DNA from: Pecten maximus
Lineage: Eukaryota
DNA length: 64,000 nucleotides
Direction: 5' to 3'
NCBI RefSeq assembly: GCF_902652985.1
Contig: NC_047028.1
Location: 1,116,001 to 1,180,000, forward strand
Positions 40,676-51,058 of the stretch are shown piece after piece. The translations under genes and the position numbers were made by a program. How positions within the stretch are numbered: position 1 is the stretch's first letter; each line of letters starts with the position of its first letter. The notes below the pieces were generated by a model. It was not told where the DNA came from. It ran no database searches and saw only the letters and a program-made list of their open reading frames with translations.

Positions 40676-41557
40676 AATCTTTGTCTGACTTAACACAGTT
40701 GAGAGTATAATCTAACAGCTTTTCGATAGATTACGTGTTTAAATGTCTTGCACTAGATATATGTGAAGCTCCGTTCTCTTTTGTGTGTGAATTATATATT
40801 CTAGAGATAACACAATGATACCTACCACTGGACACAGCCAGATGGATAACTCTCCAAAACAAATGTTGCGTATATAGAAATACCCATTCTTTTGTAACCT
40901 GTTGTCCTATGTTTAACTCATTTTACTCAAATGGACGTTATAGCTACACAGATGGACAAACAGGTTGTCAGTTTAAATCCAACCAAAAATGGAATGCATT
41001 ATTGTATATAACAAAGCATATATAATACTGTAGGTAAATATACACTGGGATGTTTGTATGATATCAGCAACTTATGACAACCTTCTCTATCGTCTGACAG
41101 GGTATGCTTGTAAACAGCTTCACGGTATGTGGGTTGGATAAGTGGTTTACCTCTGCGACATGTTCAACAAAAGGCCAATACAGTATATAAACATTGCCAC
41201 AGTGATGCGGATACAAATGATAATGATGGGATAATAAAAATCCTTCTTTTGACAAAATGACATTTTAATTGCGACATGTTTGAGAATCTCACCTGCGTCT
41301 GAGTTTAATGTGAAATTAAGATACATTGATACGTTCAGTGTATTTTCTAGCAGATCTAGGAGAATAAAAGAGTAAAATTGGTGAATTTTTAAAGATACTA
41401 AACAACATATTGAAGGGTTTGCATTTAAGGATTGATTATTTTGTTGCTTGCCTGGACTGTTGAGGGGGGGAAGTGAACCTCATACAAATGACACTAGAAT
41501 GAGATTAACCCAGCTTTATAGTATGATAATGTAATACATGTAAATTATTGACTTAAC

Positions 41558-41677
41558 GAGAGATATACTGACGATATGGAGGATTTTTATGACCTATACT
41601 GCAATATTCCAAACACTTCTTGGAATATTGCATTCTGGGTCATAAAAAATCCTCCATATACGACAGTAATTCTCTCT
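41558..41677. repeat. Left terminal hairpin (~120 bp)
   Basis: gagagatatactgacgatatggaggatttttatgacc...tgcaatattccaa / ttggaatattgca...ggtcataaaaaatcctccatatacgacagtaattctctc. Confidence 0.92.
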
Positions 41678-41794
41678 ACTGTATCTTGGTTTCAAATACA
41701 GAAGTGACATACCTTTCTTTAACTGCATTTGCTTGAGATTTTATCTTTTCAGGTTTTTTTGGACATCTTTCAATATATGTTGTTGATGATTCAT

Positions 41795-42120
41795 GGCTAG
41801 CCGGGTTGGTTTTCATGAAGTTATTGACTTTCGGTATGCTAGTATAGTATGTAAATGGCTAGCCGGGGTGGATTTCACGACGTTATTGACTTTCGGTATT
41901 CTAGTATAGTATGTAAATGGCTAACCGGGTTGGATGTCATGACGTCATTGACTTTCGGTATGCTAGTATAGTATGTAAATGGCTAGCCGGGGTGGATTTC
42001 ACGACGTTATTGACTTTCGGTATTCTAGTATAGTTTGTAAATGGCTAACCGGGTTGGATGTCATGACGTAATTGACTTTCGGTATGCTAGTATAGTGTGT
42101 AAATGGCTAGCCGGGTTTGT
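41795..42120. repeat. 62-bp tandem repeat in the left TIR (5 full units plus partial)
   Basis: ggctaRccggg heads at 41795, 41857, 41919, 41981, 42043 and 42105. Confidence 0.93.
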
Positions 42121-42139
42121 TTTCAAGTCATTATTTATC

Positions 42140-44205
42140 ATTTTGTCATGATTTTGTCATGAAATTGTCATTTTTGTCATGATTTTGTCATGCTTAGTCA
42201 TGGTTTTGTCATGATTTTGCCTTGTTTTGTCATGATTTTATCATTATGTCATGATTTGTCATGTTTTGTCATTTTATCATGATTTTTTCATGTTTGTCAT
42301 GATTGTAATGTTTGTCATGATTTTGTCATTTTTGTCATGGTTTGTCATGATTTTGTCATATTTTGTCATGATTTTGTCTTGTTTTGTCATGATTTTATCA
42401 TTATTTTATGATTTGTCATGTTTTGTCATGATTTTGTCATTTTGTCATGGTTTGTCATGATTTTGTCATGTTTAGTCATGGTTTTGTCATGATTTTGTCA
42501 TGATTTTGTCTTGTTTTGTCATGATTTTATCATTATGTCATGATTTGTCATGATTTTGTCATGTTTTGTCATTTTGTCATGATTTTTTCATGTTTGTCAT
42601 GATTGTAATGTTTTGTCATGATTTTGTCATTTTTGTCATGGTTTGTCATGATTTTGTCATGTTTAGTCATGGTTTTGTCATGATTTTGTCATGATTTTGT
42701 CTTGTTTTGTCATCATTTTATCATTATTTCATGATTTGTCATGCTTTTGTCATGTTTTGTCATTTTGTCATGATTTTTTCATGTTTGTCATGATTGTAAT
42801 GTTTTGTCATGATTTTGTCATTTTTGTCATGGTTTGTCATGATTTTGTCATGTTTTGTCATGATTTTGTCATGATTTTGTCTTGTTTTGTCATGATTTTA
42901 TCATTATTTTATGATTTGTCATGTTTTGTCATGATTTTGTCATTTTTGTCATGGTTGTCATGATTTTGTCATGTTTAGTCATGGTTTTGTCATGATTTTG
43001 TCATGATTTTGTCTTGTTTTGTCATCATTTTATCATTATTTCATGATTTGTCATGCTTTTGTCATGTTTTGTCATTTTGTCATGATTTTTTTCATGTTTG
43101 TCATGATTGTAATGTTTTGTCATGTTTTTTCCATGATTTTGACATTTTTGTCATGATTTGTCATGATTTTGTCATGATTTTGTCATTTTTGTCATGGTTT
43201 TGTCATGTTTAGTCATGATTTTGTCATGTTTTGTCATGATTTTGTCATGTTTTGTCATGATTTTATCATTATGTCATGATTTTGTCATGCTTTGTCATTT
43301 TGTCATGATTTTTCATGTTTGTCATGATTGTAACGTTTTGTCATGTTTTGTCATAATTTTGTCATTTATGTCATGTTTTGTCATGATTTTGTCATTTTTG
43401 TCATGATTTTGCTATGTTTTGTCATGTTTTGTCATGATTTTGTCACGTTTTGTCATGATTTTGTCATGTTTTGTCATTTGTTCATGATTTTGTCATGTTT
43501 TGTCATGATTTTGTCATAATTTTGTCATGTTCAGTCATGATTTTATCATTTTGTCATGATTTGTCACAACTTTGTCATGTTTTGTTATTTTGTCATTGTT
43601 GTCATTGTTGTCTTTATATCATGATTTTGTCATTTTTTATCATGATTTTGTCATGTTTTGTCATGTTTTGTCATTTTTTATAAAGTTTTTGTCATGTTTT
43701 GTCATGATTTTGTCATTTTTGTCATGATTTTGTCATGTTTTGTCATTTTTGTCATGTTTTGTCATGTTTTGTCATAATTTTGTCATTTTTGTCATGATTT
43801 TGTCATGTTTTGTCATCATTTTGTCATGATTTTGTCCTGTTTTGTAATGATTTCGTCATTATGTCATGATTTGTCATGATTTGTTATGATTTTGTCATGT
43901 TTTGTCATTTTTGTCATTTTTTCATGACTTTTTCATGTTTGTCATGATTGTAATTTTTTGTCATGTTTTGTCATGATTTTGTCATGTTATGTCATGATTT
44001 TGTCTTTTCTGTCATTTTTGTCATGCTTTTGTCATGTTTTGTCATTATTTGTCATGTTTTGTCATGATTTTGTCATGTTTTGTCATGATTTTGTCATGGT
44101 TTTCACTTGATTTTGTCATGATTTTGTCGTGATTTTGTCATTTTTGGCATGTGTTTGGCCTATTTTGTCATTTTTGTCATGTTTTGTCATTTTTGTCATG
44201 ATTTG
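42140..44205. repeat. 10/11-bp minisatellite (ttttgtcatg[a])n in the left TIR
   Basis: Direct reading. Confidence 0.97.
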
Positions 44206-44784
44206 ACATTATTCTTCGGAGAGGCATGATATTCTTCAATTACAGTTGTCTTGGAGATTCTATGATGTATACCAAAAAAAACATGGCAGCCATTACAATA
44301 GACTTCTGATTGAAATACAAGAATTCACATGACCCTGATGTGTTGAAAGATGAAATAAAAATTTGATCTATTTTTGGAATAAAGACAGTAAAAAAGAATC
44401 CTCTGTTCCAAGGAAAAAGTTGCCAACAAGTGTATAAAAGGAATCATCTTACAGGAAATATGTATCATTACTATGATGTTGTCAAATTCAGCATACACCA
44501 TGTTAAAAATCATTCAGTCTCCAATCAAATTTTACCTGACGTGGAAACTGAGAAAAAGCAAAAGCTGGATATCATTGATAATGTGCAACAAAACAAAAAA
44601 TGATTATTGGGAAGTAATAAATGATGTAGACCGTACATGTTTACGTGGAAAATTAGTTTGTGAAATATTTACCAAAGATTTATGTGAAGTGCAAAGAACC
44701 GATTCATTTCTTAAACAATTTGAACTGTTAGTAGCACATGAAAATGTATAAATAGCTTTTCAATGAATATATGAATAAGAAAAA

Positions 44785-45570
44785 ATGTCAAAAAAGCAGA
44801 AAGATTTTCTGAAGAAGATATGTTATGATCCAAAACATGTGTTGGGATTCACTGGCCCCAAAAGGTTGTATGAGGGTACATGTATAAAAAAGAAAAGCAA
44901 ATTGAAGAGAAGTCGATCACGGGTCACTGCTTGGTTGCAGAATTAAGATCCTTATAGTGTAAGACGATAAGTTAGACACAAAACACCAAAAGTCAAAACT
45001 CCTTTGGTGAGTGTGGACTACATGTGGGATGCTGATTTAGCAGATGTCTCCAATATCAAAGACTATAATGAAGGCATCACTTTCTTACTAGTTGTTGTGG
45101 ATTATTTTTCAAGTTATGCTTGGGTACTACCCCTTAAAAACAAGAAGGCTACCACAGTGTTGGAGGCTTTCAAAAAGATATTTGCAAAACGTCAGCCCAT
45201 CATCATCAGATCAGATCATGGAAAAGAGTTCTTAAGCAATGCATTTCAAAAGCATTGCAAAGCCATTGGGGTCACCCACATTGCAAGTCACAGTGCTCAT
45301 AAAGCTTCATTTGCTGAATCATTTATAGGGAAGTTGAAAAATATTTTGTACAGATACTTGCATTCCAATCAAACGTTTACATACGCTCAAGAATTACAAA
45401 AAGGTCTACAAATCAAAAGAAACGAAGTGGAAAATAGAAGACGTCTTAAAAGTTAAGAGAGCTAAAGGAAAGAAATTAGCGTTGTTTAGATGGTTAGGAT
45501 GGCCAAAAAAAACATTGATTCCTGGATAGATTATGATGACATTGAAGTGCCCATAAAAACTATAAATAAG
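44785..45570 (+). pseudogene. Maverick/Polinton rve (DDE) integrase with C-terminal chromodomain, disrupted
   Basis: MSKKQKDFLKKICYDPKHVLGFTGPKRLY is in frame with ORF 45004 across stops at 44944 and 44968. Catalytic motifs WDADL, IRSDHGKEF and AESF. An internal deletion precedes YAQELQK, then a frameshifted chromodomain KIEDVLKVK...LFRWLGWPKK..DSWI. Confidence 0.9.
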
Positions 45571-45598
45571 CTGAAAAAACACCAAAGTAAAGAAAACC

Positions 45599-46323
45599 AT
45601 GGCTTACGTGTGTCAATTTTGTTCTAAAACGTACACGTTGAAAAACTATCTGGATCAACATATCAGAAGAAAACATTTCAAAGATCTACGTGAAATACCG
45701 TGCTCATCAGCTGGCAAAATTACCTCTCAGAAGGAATTTGATATAGTTAATGTACCTGAACACATGTTACCCCCAGTACCTAGAGGACATTTCTTGCCCT
45801 GGAAACATCCCTTTACCTGTATCATAGCAGCTCCCACAGGATGTGGAAAAACAACGTTTGTGAAGAGGTTTATAGACAACATTCAACAGATGATGACTCC
45901 CATACCCGATAAAATCCTGTGGTGTTATGGAGAATATCAAACAATCTTGATAATTTGATAGTGATAGATGATTTGATGTCTGAAGTTAACTCTGACGTGA
46001 CGTCATTATTAAGAGTCATCATTGCAACATCAGCGTCATGTATATAGTTCAGAATTTATTTTGTCAGAGTAAAAAAACATAGAGACATCAGTTTAAATAC
46101 TCATTACATTGTTTTGATGAAAAATCCTAGAGATTCGTCACAGGTCAGGTGTTTGTCCCATGAGATGTTTCCAAGTAAAACTTTACTGATGGAAGCCTAC
46201 AAGGATGCTACTCTTCATCCTCATGGATATCTGTTAGTAGATTTGAAACAAAACACTCCTTCAGATCTCAGATTACGTACATGTATATTTCCTGGAGAGT
46301 ATCAGTTTGTGCATGTCCCCTAA
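45599..46323 (+). pseudogene. C2H2 zinc finger plus A32/FtsK-HerA-type DNA packaging ATPase, disrupted
   Basis: CQFC-x12-HIRRKH; Walker A region HPFTCIIAAPTGCGKTT; out-of-frame Walker B LIVIDDLM; YIVQNLF, ISLNTHYIVLMKNPRD, AYKDAT..PHGYLLVDL and RLRT motifs. Confidence 0.9.
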
Positions 46324-46384
46324 AAACTTATATATATATATGCTTCATGGAAGGTTAAGTTAAGGTAGATGTTGTTTGACGAAG

Positions 46385-46624
46385 ATGTCTTCATATCTGG
46401 AGAAACATTGTAAATACTTGGAGTATTTGTGCCAAGCTGAACCTTCTATACGCAAAGTCATCCTAGAAAAAGCCAGTAAAAGTTTCATATACTGTTTATG
46501 TGAGTGCATACAAAACATTCTACAACCTCCTGTAGACTCTTTCGTAAAATCCCTTCACCACATTGAGGGGGAAATGGCAAGTACTTTGCAACTTGAAGAT
46601 CTTCCAAAAAATGACTTTGTATGA
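46385..46624 (+). pseudogene. Small Maverick-type ORF (RKVIL..AS..FIYCLCECIQNIL), probably fused by deletion to the next gene
   Basis: The CECxxN(I/V)L motif downstream of the ATPase is recalled from animal Mavericks; not searched. Confidence 0.55.
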
Positions 46625-47419
46625 TCAGGATTTAATAAAATACCTTTCTAGACATCAACAATACAAACAGGATGGTTTAACACCCAAGGTAGTGAATACC
46701 ATCGAAAATTTTCCCAAAGATGACCTCCCACGTAAACTTGTTTTTGCAGAGTGTACCGAAAACTGCTTAACCTAAGACAGAAATGTTGATGGATAGATTA
46801 AAACAGGTAGTCCAGTGGAATGACAAAGGAGAATTTGGATATAAAGGTGCCCCGGTGATTTCAGGTTCTAATCTAGTGGATTAAGTGGGCAACGCTACAC
46901 GTCAAATATGAATACCTTTCTAACCGCTTTAAGGGATCTGAATGTCCCTCAGAGCTGGATGAGTAATAAAGAATATTTGGATAAAATACAAACTGTTGCC
47001 TCTACTCCTTTACCAACGATACGAGAGACTATACCATCTGGAGAAATTCTTTGGCTAGACCTCCAGTTACTCTTACATCTATGATGCCATCTCCAGTCAC
47101 CCCATTGGCGACATCTCAATCTACGCATACACCATCTCATGTTACCCCTTTGGCTACATATCAAGATTTTCATACACCGATACCATCTGGAGCTACCCCT
47201 TTGACTACATCTGAGAACACCCTCCTTTCTCCAACACAAATGGATTGGAAGGAATACAGTGATGAGAGTGGCTACAACACTTTTTCTAAACCCACTTCAC
47301 GATCAACGTTACCTAGAAAACCAGTTTTAGACATGCTAAAGAAATGGAAAAAAATAAGCCTACATATTAGAGCCCAGATAAAGTATAAAAGTCATCGAAA
47401 CACTCCACTTCAATCATAA
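46560..47419 (+). pseudogene. Disrupted conserved Maverick-type hypothetical protein with S/T/P-rich C-terminus
   Basis: Fragments LYDQDLIKYL, QWNDKGEFGYKG..ISGSNLVD* and FLTALRDLNVPQSWMSN in shifting frames. Confidence 0.55.
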
Positions 47420-47651
47420 TAAAATGACTAACAATACCAGTGGAAACTCAAATTGGTTGTTTGTTTGGTACCAAACTGCCAAGAGAAGAAATTATTTTCT
47501 TTTGTCAAGTGTGCATCATTAAAATTTTATATTATCATCTGCTGTAGCATCTATCATCTGAGCATAGGTCATCCACTAGAGTCTCTGTGGGTTTCTTTGT
47601 TGAGCAGTGGTGTTGGCTATCTAATACCTAGTCCTACTCTGAAAAAGAAAG

Positions 47652-47890
47652 ATGTTTTACATAACCCTTCCTAGTAATAGTTCAATGGAGTAATTTCAAG
47701 ACAATACATTAACAACTGACAAGACACGTTTGCCTCAACCTCTAGATCTCAAAGGTTGTTGGGAGATGGGTCTAGCTGAAATTCAATATCCTCACTCTTG
47801 GTTCAACGTACGTGAAGGTGAATTGTGGTTGGAGATGATCGTTGGTGGCAGTGACAATGTTGCTAATGTTGAATTTGATCCTGGAGCTGC
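47652..47890 (+). pseudogene. N-terminal part of the Maverick minor capsid (penton-like) protein, truncated by the right-hand array
   Basis: MFYITLPSNSSME*FQDNTLTTDKTRLPQPLDLKGCWEMGLAEIQYPHSWFNV; stop at 47691; breaks off after EFDPG. Confidence 0.8.
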
Positions 47891-47896
47891 ATTAAT

Positions 47897-49200
47897 CATG
47901 ACAAAACATGACAAAAGCATGACAAATCATGAATAAAATCATGATAAAAATGACAACATCATGACAAAACATGACAAAATCATGACAAAACCTGACAAAA
48001 CATGACAAAAACATGACAAAGCATGACAAAACATGACAAAATCATGACAAAACTGGCAAAAAACATGACAAATCATGACAAAATCATGGCAAAACATGAC
48101 AAAACATGACAAAGCCAGGACAAAACCATGACAAAACCATGACAAAACATGACAAAATCATGACGAAAATGACAAATCCAGACAAAACATGACAAAACCA
48201 GGACAAAACCATGACAACACATGACAAAATCAGGACAAAAATGACAAAAGCATGACAAATCATGAATAAAATCATGATAAAAATGACAAAATCATGACAA
48301 AACATGAAAAAAATCATGACAAAACCTGACAAAACATGACAAAAACATGACAAAGCATGACAAAACATGACAAAATCATGACAAACTGGCAAAAACATGA
48401 CAAATCATGACAAAATCATGGCAAAACATGACAAAATCATGACGAAAATGACAAATTAAGACAAAACATGACAAAACTAGGACAAAACCATGACAAAACA
48501 TGACAAAATCATGACGAAAATGACAAATCAAGACAAAACATGACAAAATCATGACAAAACCTGACAAAACATGACAAAAACATGACAAAGCATGACAAAA
48601 CATGACAAAATCATGACAAAACTGGCAAAAAACATGACAAATCATGACAAAATCATGGCAAAACATGACAAAACATGACAAAGCCAGGACAAAACCATGA
48701 CAAAACCATGACAAAACATGAAAAAATCATGACGAAAATGACAAATCCAGACAAAACATGACAAAACCAGGACAAAACCATGACAACACATGACAAAATC
48801 AGGACAAAAATGACAAAAGCATGACAAATCATGAATAAAATCATGATAAAAATGACAAAATCATGACAAAACATGAAAAAATCATGACAAAACCTGACAA
48901 AACATGACAAAAACATGACAAAGCATGACAAAACATGAAAAAATCATGACAAACTGGCAAAAACATGACAAATCATGACAAAATCATGGCAAAACATGAC
49001 AAAATCATGACGAAAATGACAAATTAAGACAAAACATGACAAAACTAGGACAAAACCATGACAAAACATGACAAAATCATGACGAAAATGACAAATCAAG
49101 ACAAAACATGACAAAACTAGGACAAAACCATGACAAAACATGACAAAATCAGGACAAAAATGACAAAAACATGACAAAACATGAAAAAAATCAGGACAAA
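47897..49200. repeat. 10/11-bp minisatellite (catgacaaaa[t])n in the right TIR, reverse complement of 42140-44205
   Basis: Direct reading; internal ~569-bp duplication. Confidence 0.97.
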
Positions 49201-49482
49201 AATGATAAATAATGACTTGAAACCAAACCCGGCTAGCCATTTACATACTATACTAGCATACCGATAGTCAATAACGTCATGAAATCCAACCCGGCTAGCC
49301 ATTTACATACTATACTAGCTTACCGAAAGTCAATAACGTTATGAAAACCAACCCGGCTAGCCATGAATCATCAACAACAGATGTTGAAAGAAGATGTCCA
49401 AAAGAACCTGAAAAGATAAAATCTCAAGAAAATGCAGTTAAAGAAAGGTATGTTACGTCTGTATTTGAAACCAAGATACAGT

Positions 49483-49619
49483 AGAGAGAATTACTGTCGT
49501 ATATGGAGGATTTTTTTATGACCAAGAATGCAATATTCCAAGATGTCTACCTTCTGGTAGACATCTTGGAATATTGCATTCTGGGTCATAAAATCCTCCA
49601 TATCGTCAGTATATCTCTC
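49483..49619. repeat. Right terminal hairpin (~137 bp)
   Basis: Perfect 27-bp inner stem agaatgcaatattccaagatgtctacc (49525-49551), loop ttct, then ggtagacatcttggaatattgcattct; imperfect outer stem. Confidence 0.95.
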
Positions 49620-49895
49620 CTTTCCCACGGTGATATAGTAAACCACAGCTTCGTTAAATTGGCACGGAGAAAATATATGAAATGTAATATATTTCAAATA
49701 AAAAGAAAGTTACAAAACACATCTTCAACACTGCAAGATTAATAACACAAATGTGGTATAGAAAACACAGTGTATCAAATAGCTTATCAACCAGAACAAA
49801 TCATTCATCCAAGAAGAAAAATGTGTTCTTTCCTCCAGTCAATAAAAATATTAGTGTATGATAACTGGTGAATAGGCAGCAATCGACGAGAGCAG

Positions 49896-50640
49896 TGACA
49901 TTAACCATACTTTGACGCCATCTGTTAGCTTGACATTAACCATACTTTGGCGACATCTGTTGGATTGACATTAACCATACTTTGGCGCCATCTGTTGGCT
50001 TGACATTAACCATACTTTGACGCCATCTGTTGGCTTGACATTAACCATACTTTGGCGCCATCTGTTGGCTTGACATTAACCATACTTTGGCGCCATCTGT
50101 TGGCTTGACGTTAATCATACTTTGGCGCCATCTGTTGGCTTGACATTAACCATACTTTGACGCCATCTGTTGGCTTGACATTAACCATACTTTGACGCCA
50201 TCTGTTGGCTTGACATTAACCATACTGTGACGCCATCTGTTGGCTTGACATTAATCATACTTTGGCGCCATCTGTTGGCTTGACATTAACCATACTTTGA
50301 CGCCATCTGTTGGCTTGACATTAACCATACTTTGGCGCCATCTGTTGGCTTGACATTAACCATACTTTGGCGCCATCTGTTGGCTTGACATTAACCATAC
50401 TTTGACGCCATCTGTTGGCTTGACATTAACCATACTGGGACGCCATCTGTTAGCTTGACATTAACCATACTTTGGCGCCATCTGTTGGCTTGACGTTAAC
50501 CATACTTTGGCGTCATCTGTTGGCTTGACGTTAACCATACTTTGGCGCCATCTGTTGGCTCGACATTAACCATACGTTGGCGCCATCTGTTGGCTTGACG
50601 TTAATCATACTTTGGCGCCATCTGTTTGGTCGACATTAAC
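49896..50640. repeat. Tandem array, 35-bp unit, ~21 copies, each with a CTCF-like motif
   Basis: tgacattaaccatactttggcgccatctgttggct; minus strand reads ccaacagatggcgcca. Confidence 0.96.
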
Positions 50641-50761
50641 CAAATTGATATAAACAGTTGACTTGATATTAACCAAATTGGTGTAAACATTTGACTTGAT
50701 ATTAACCAAATTGGTGTAAACAGTTTACTTATTAACCAAATTGATGTCTTCTGTTCTATAA

Positions 50762-51025
50762 AGACTGGTAAACGTTGACACTTTTTGGGGATAAGAGACT
50801 GGTAAACGTTGGCACTTTTTGGGGATAAGAGACTGGTAAACGTTGGCACTTTTTGGGGATAAGAGACTGGTAAACGTTGGCACTTTTTGGGGATAAGAGA
50901 CTGGTAAACGTTGACACGTTTTGGGGATAAGAGACTGGTAAACGTTGACACTTTTTGGGGATAAGAGACTGGTAAACGTTGACACTTTTTGGGGATTAGA
51001 GACTGGTAAACGTTGACACTTTTTG
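50762..51025. repeat. Tandem array, 34-bp unit, ~7.5 copies
   Basis: aagagactggtaaacgttgacactttttggggat. Confidence 0.95.
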
Positions 51026-51058
51026 AGATAAGGTTTCGCCAATCATCGGAGATAGTCG

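Larger units (their letters stand above)
41558..49619 (+). mobile_element. Internally deleted Maverick/Polinton-like element with long satellite-containing TIRs ending in fold-back hairpins
   Basis: 41558-42140 is the reverse complement of ~49200-49619 apart from the number of 62-bp units; similarity stops at gagagatatactg / cagtatatctctc. The inner ttttgtcatg arrays are also mirror-oriented. Interior holds integrase, packaging ATPase and minor capsid remnants. Confidence 0.85.

Noticed and set aside
41545-41560. Target-site duplication for the Maverick-like element
   Set aside because: No 4-8 bp direct repeat between the left flank (acttaac[g]) and right flank ([c]ctttccc) at either plausible boundary.
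44283-44751. Small ORFs between the left array and the integrase
   Set aside because: Probably decayed element genes, but no motif I can identify.
42251-49302. Cys/His/Phe-rich small ORFs (MILSCFV...) within the two TIR arrays
   Set aside because: Translations of the TIR minisatellite.
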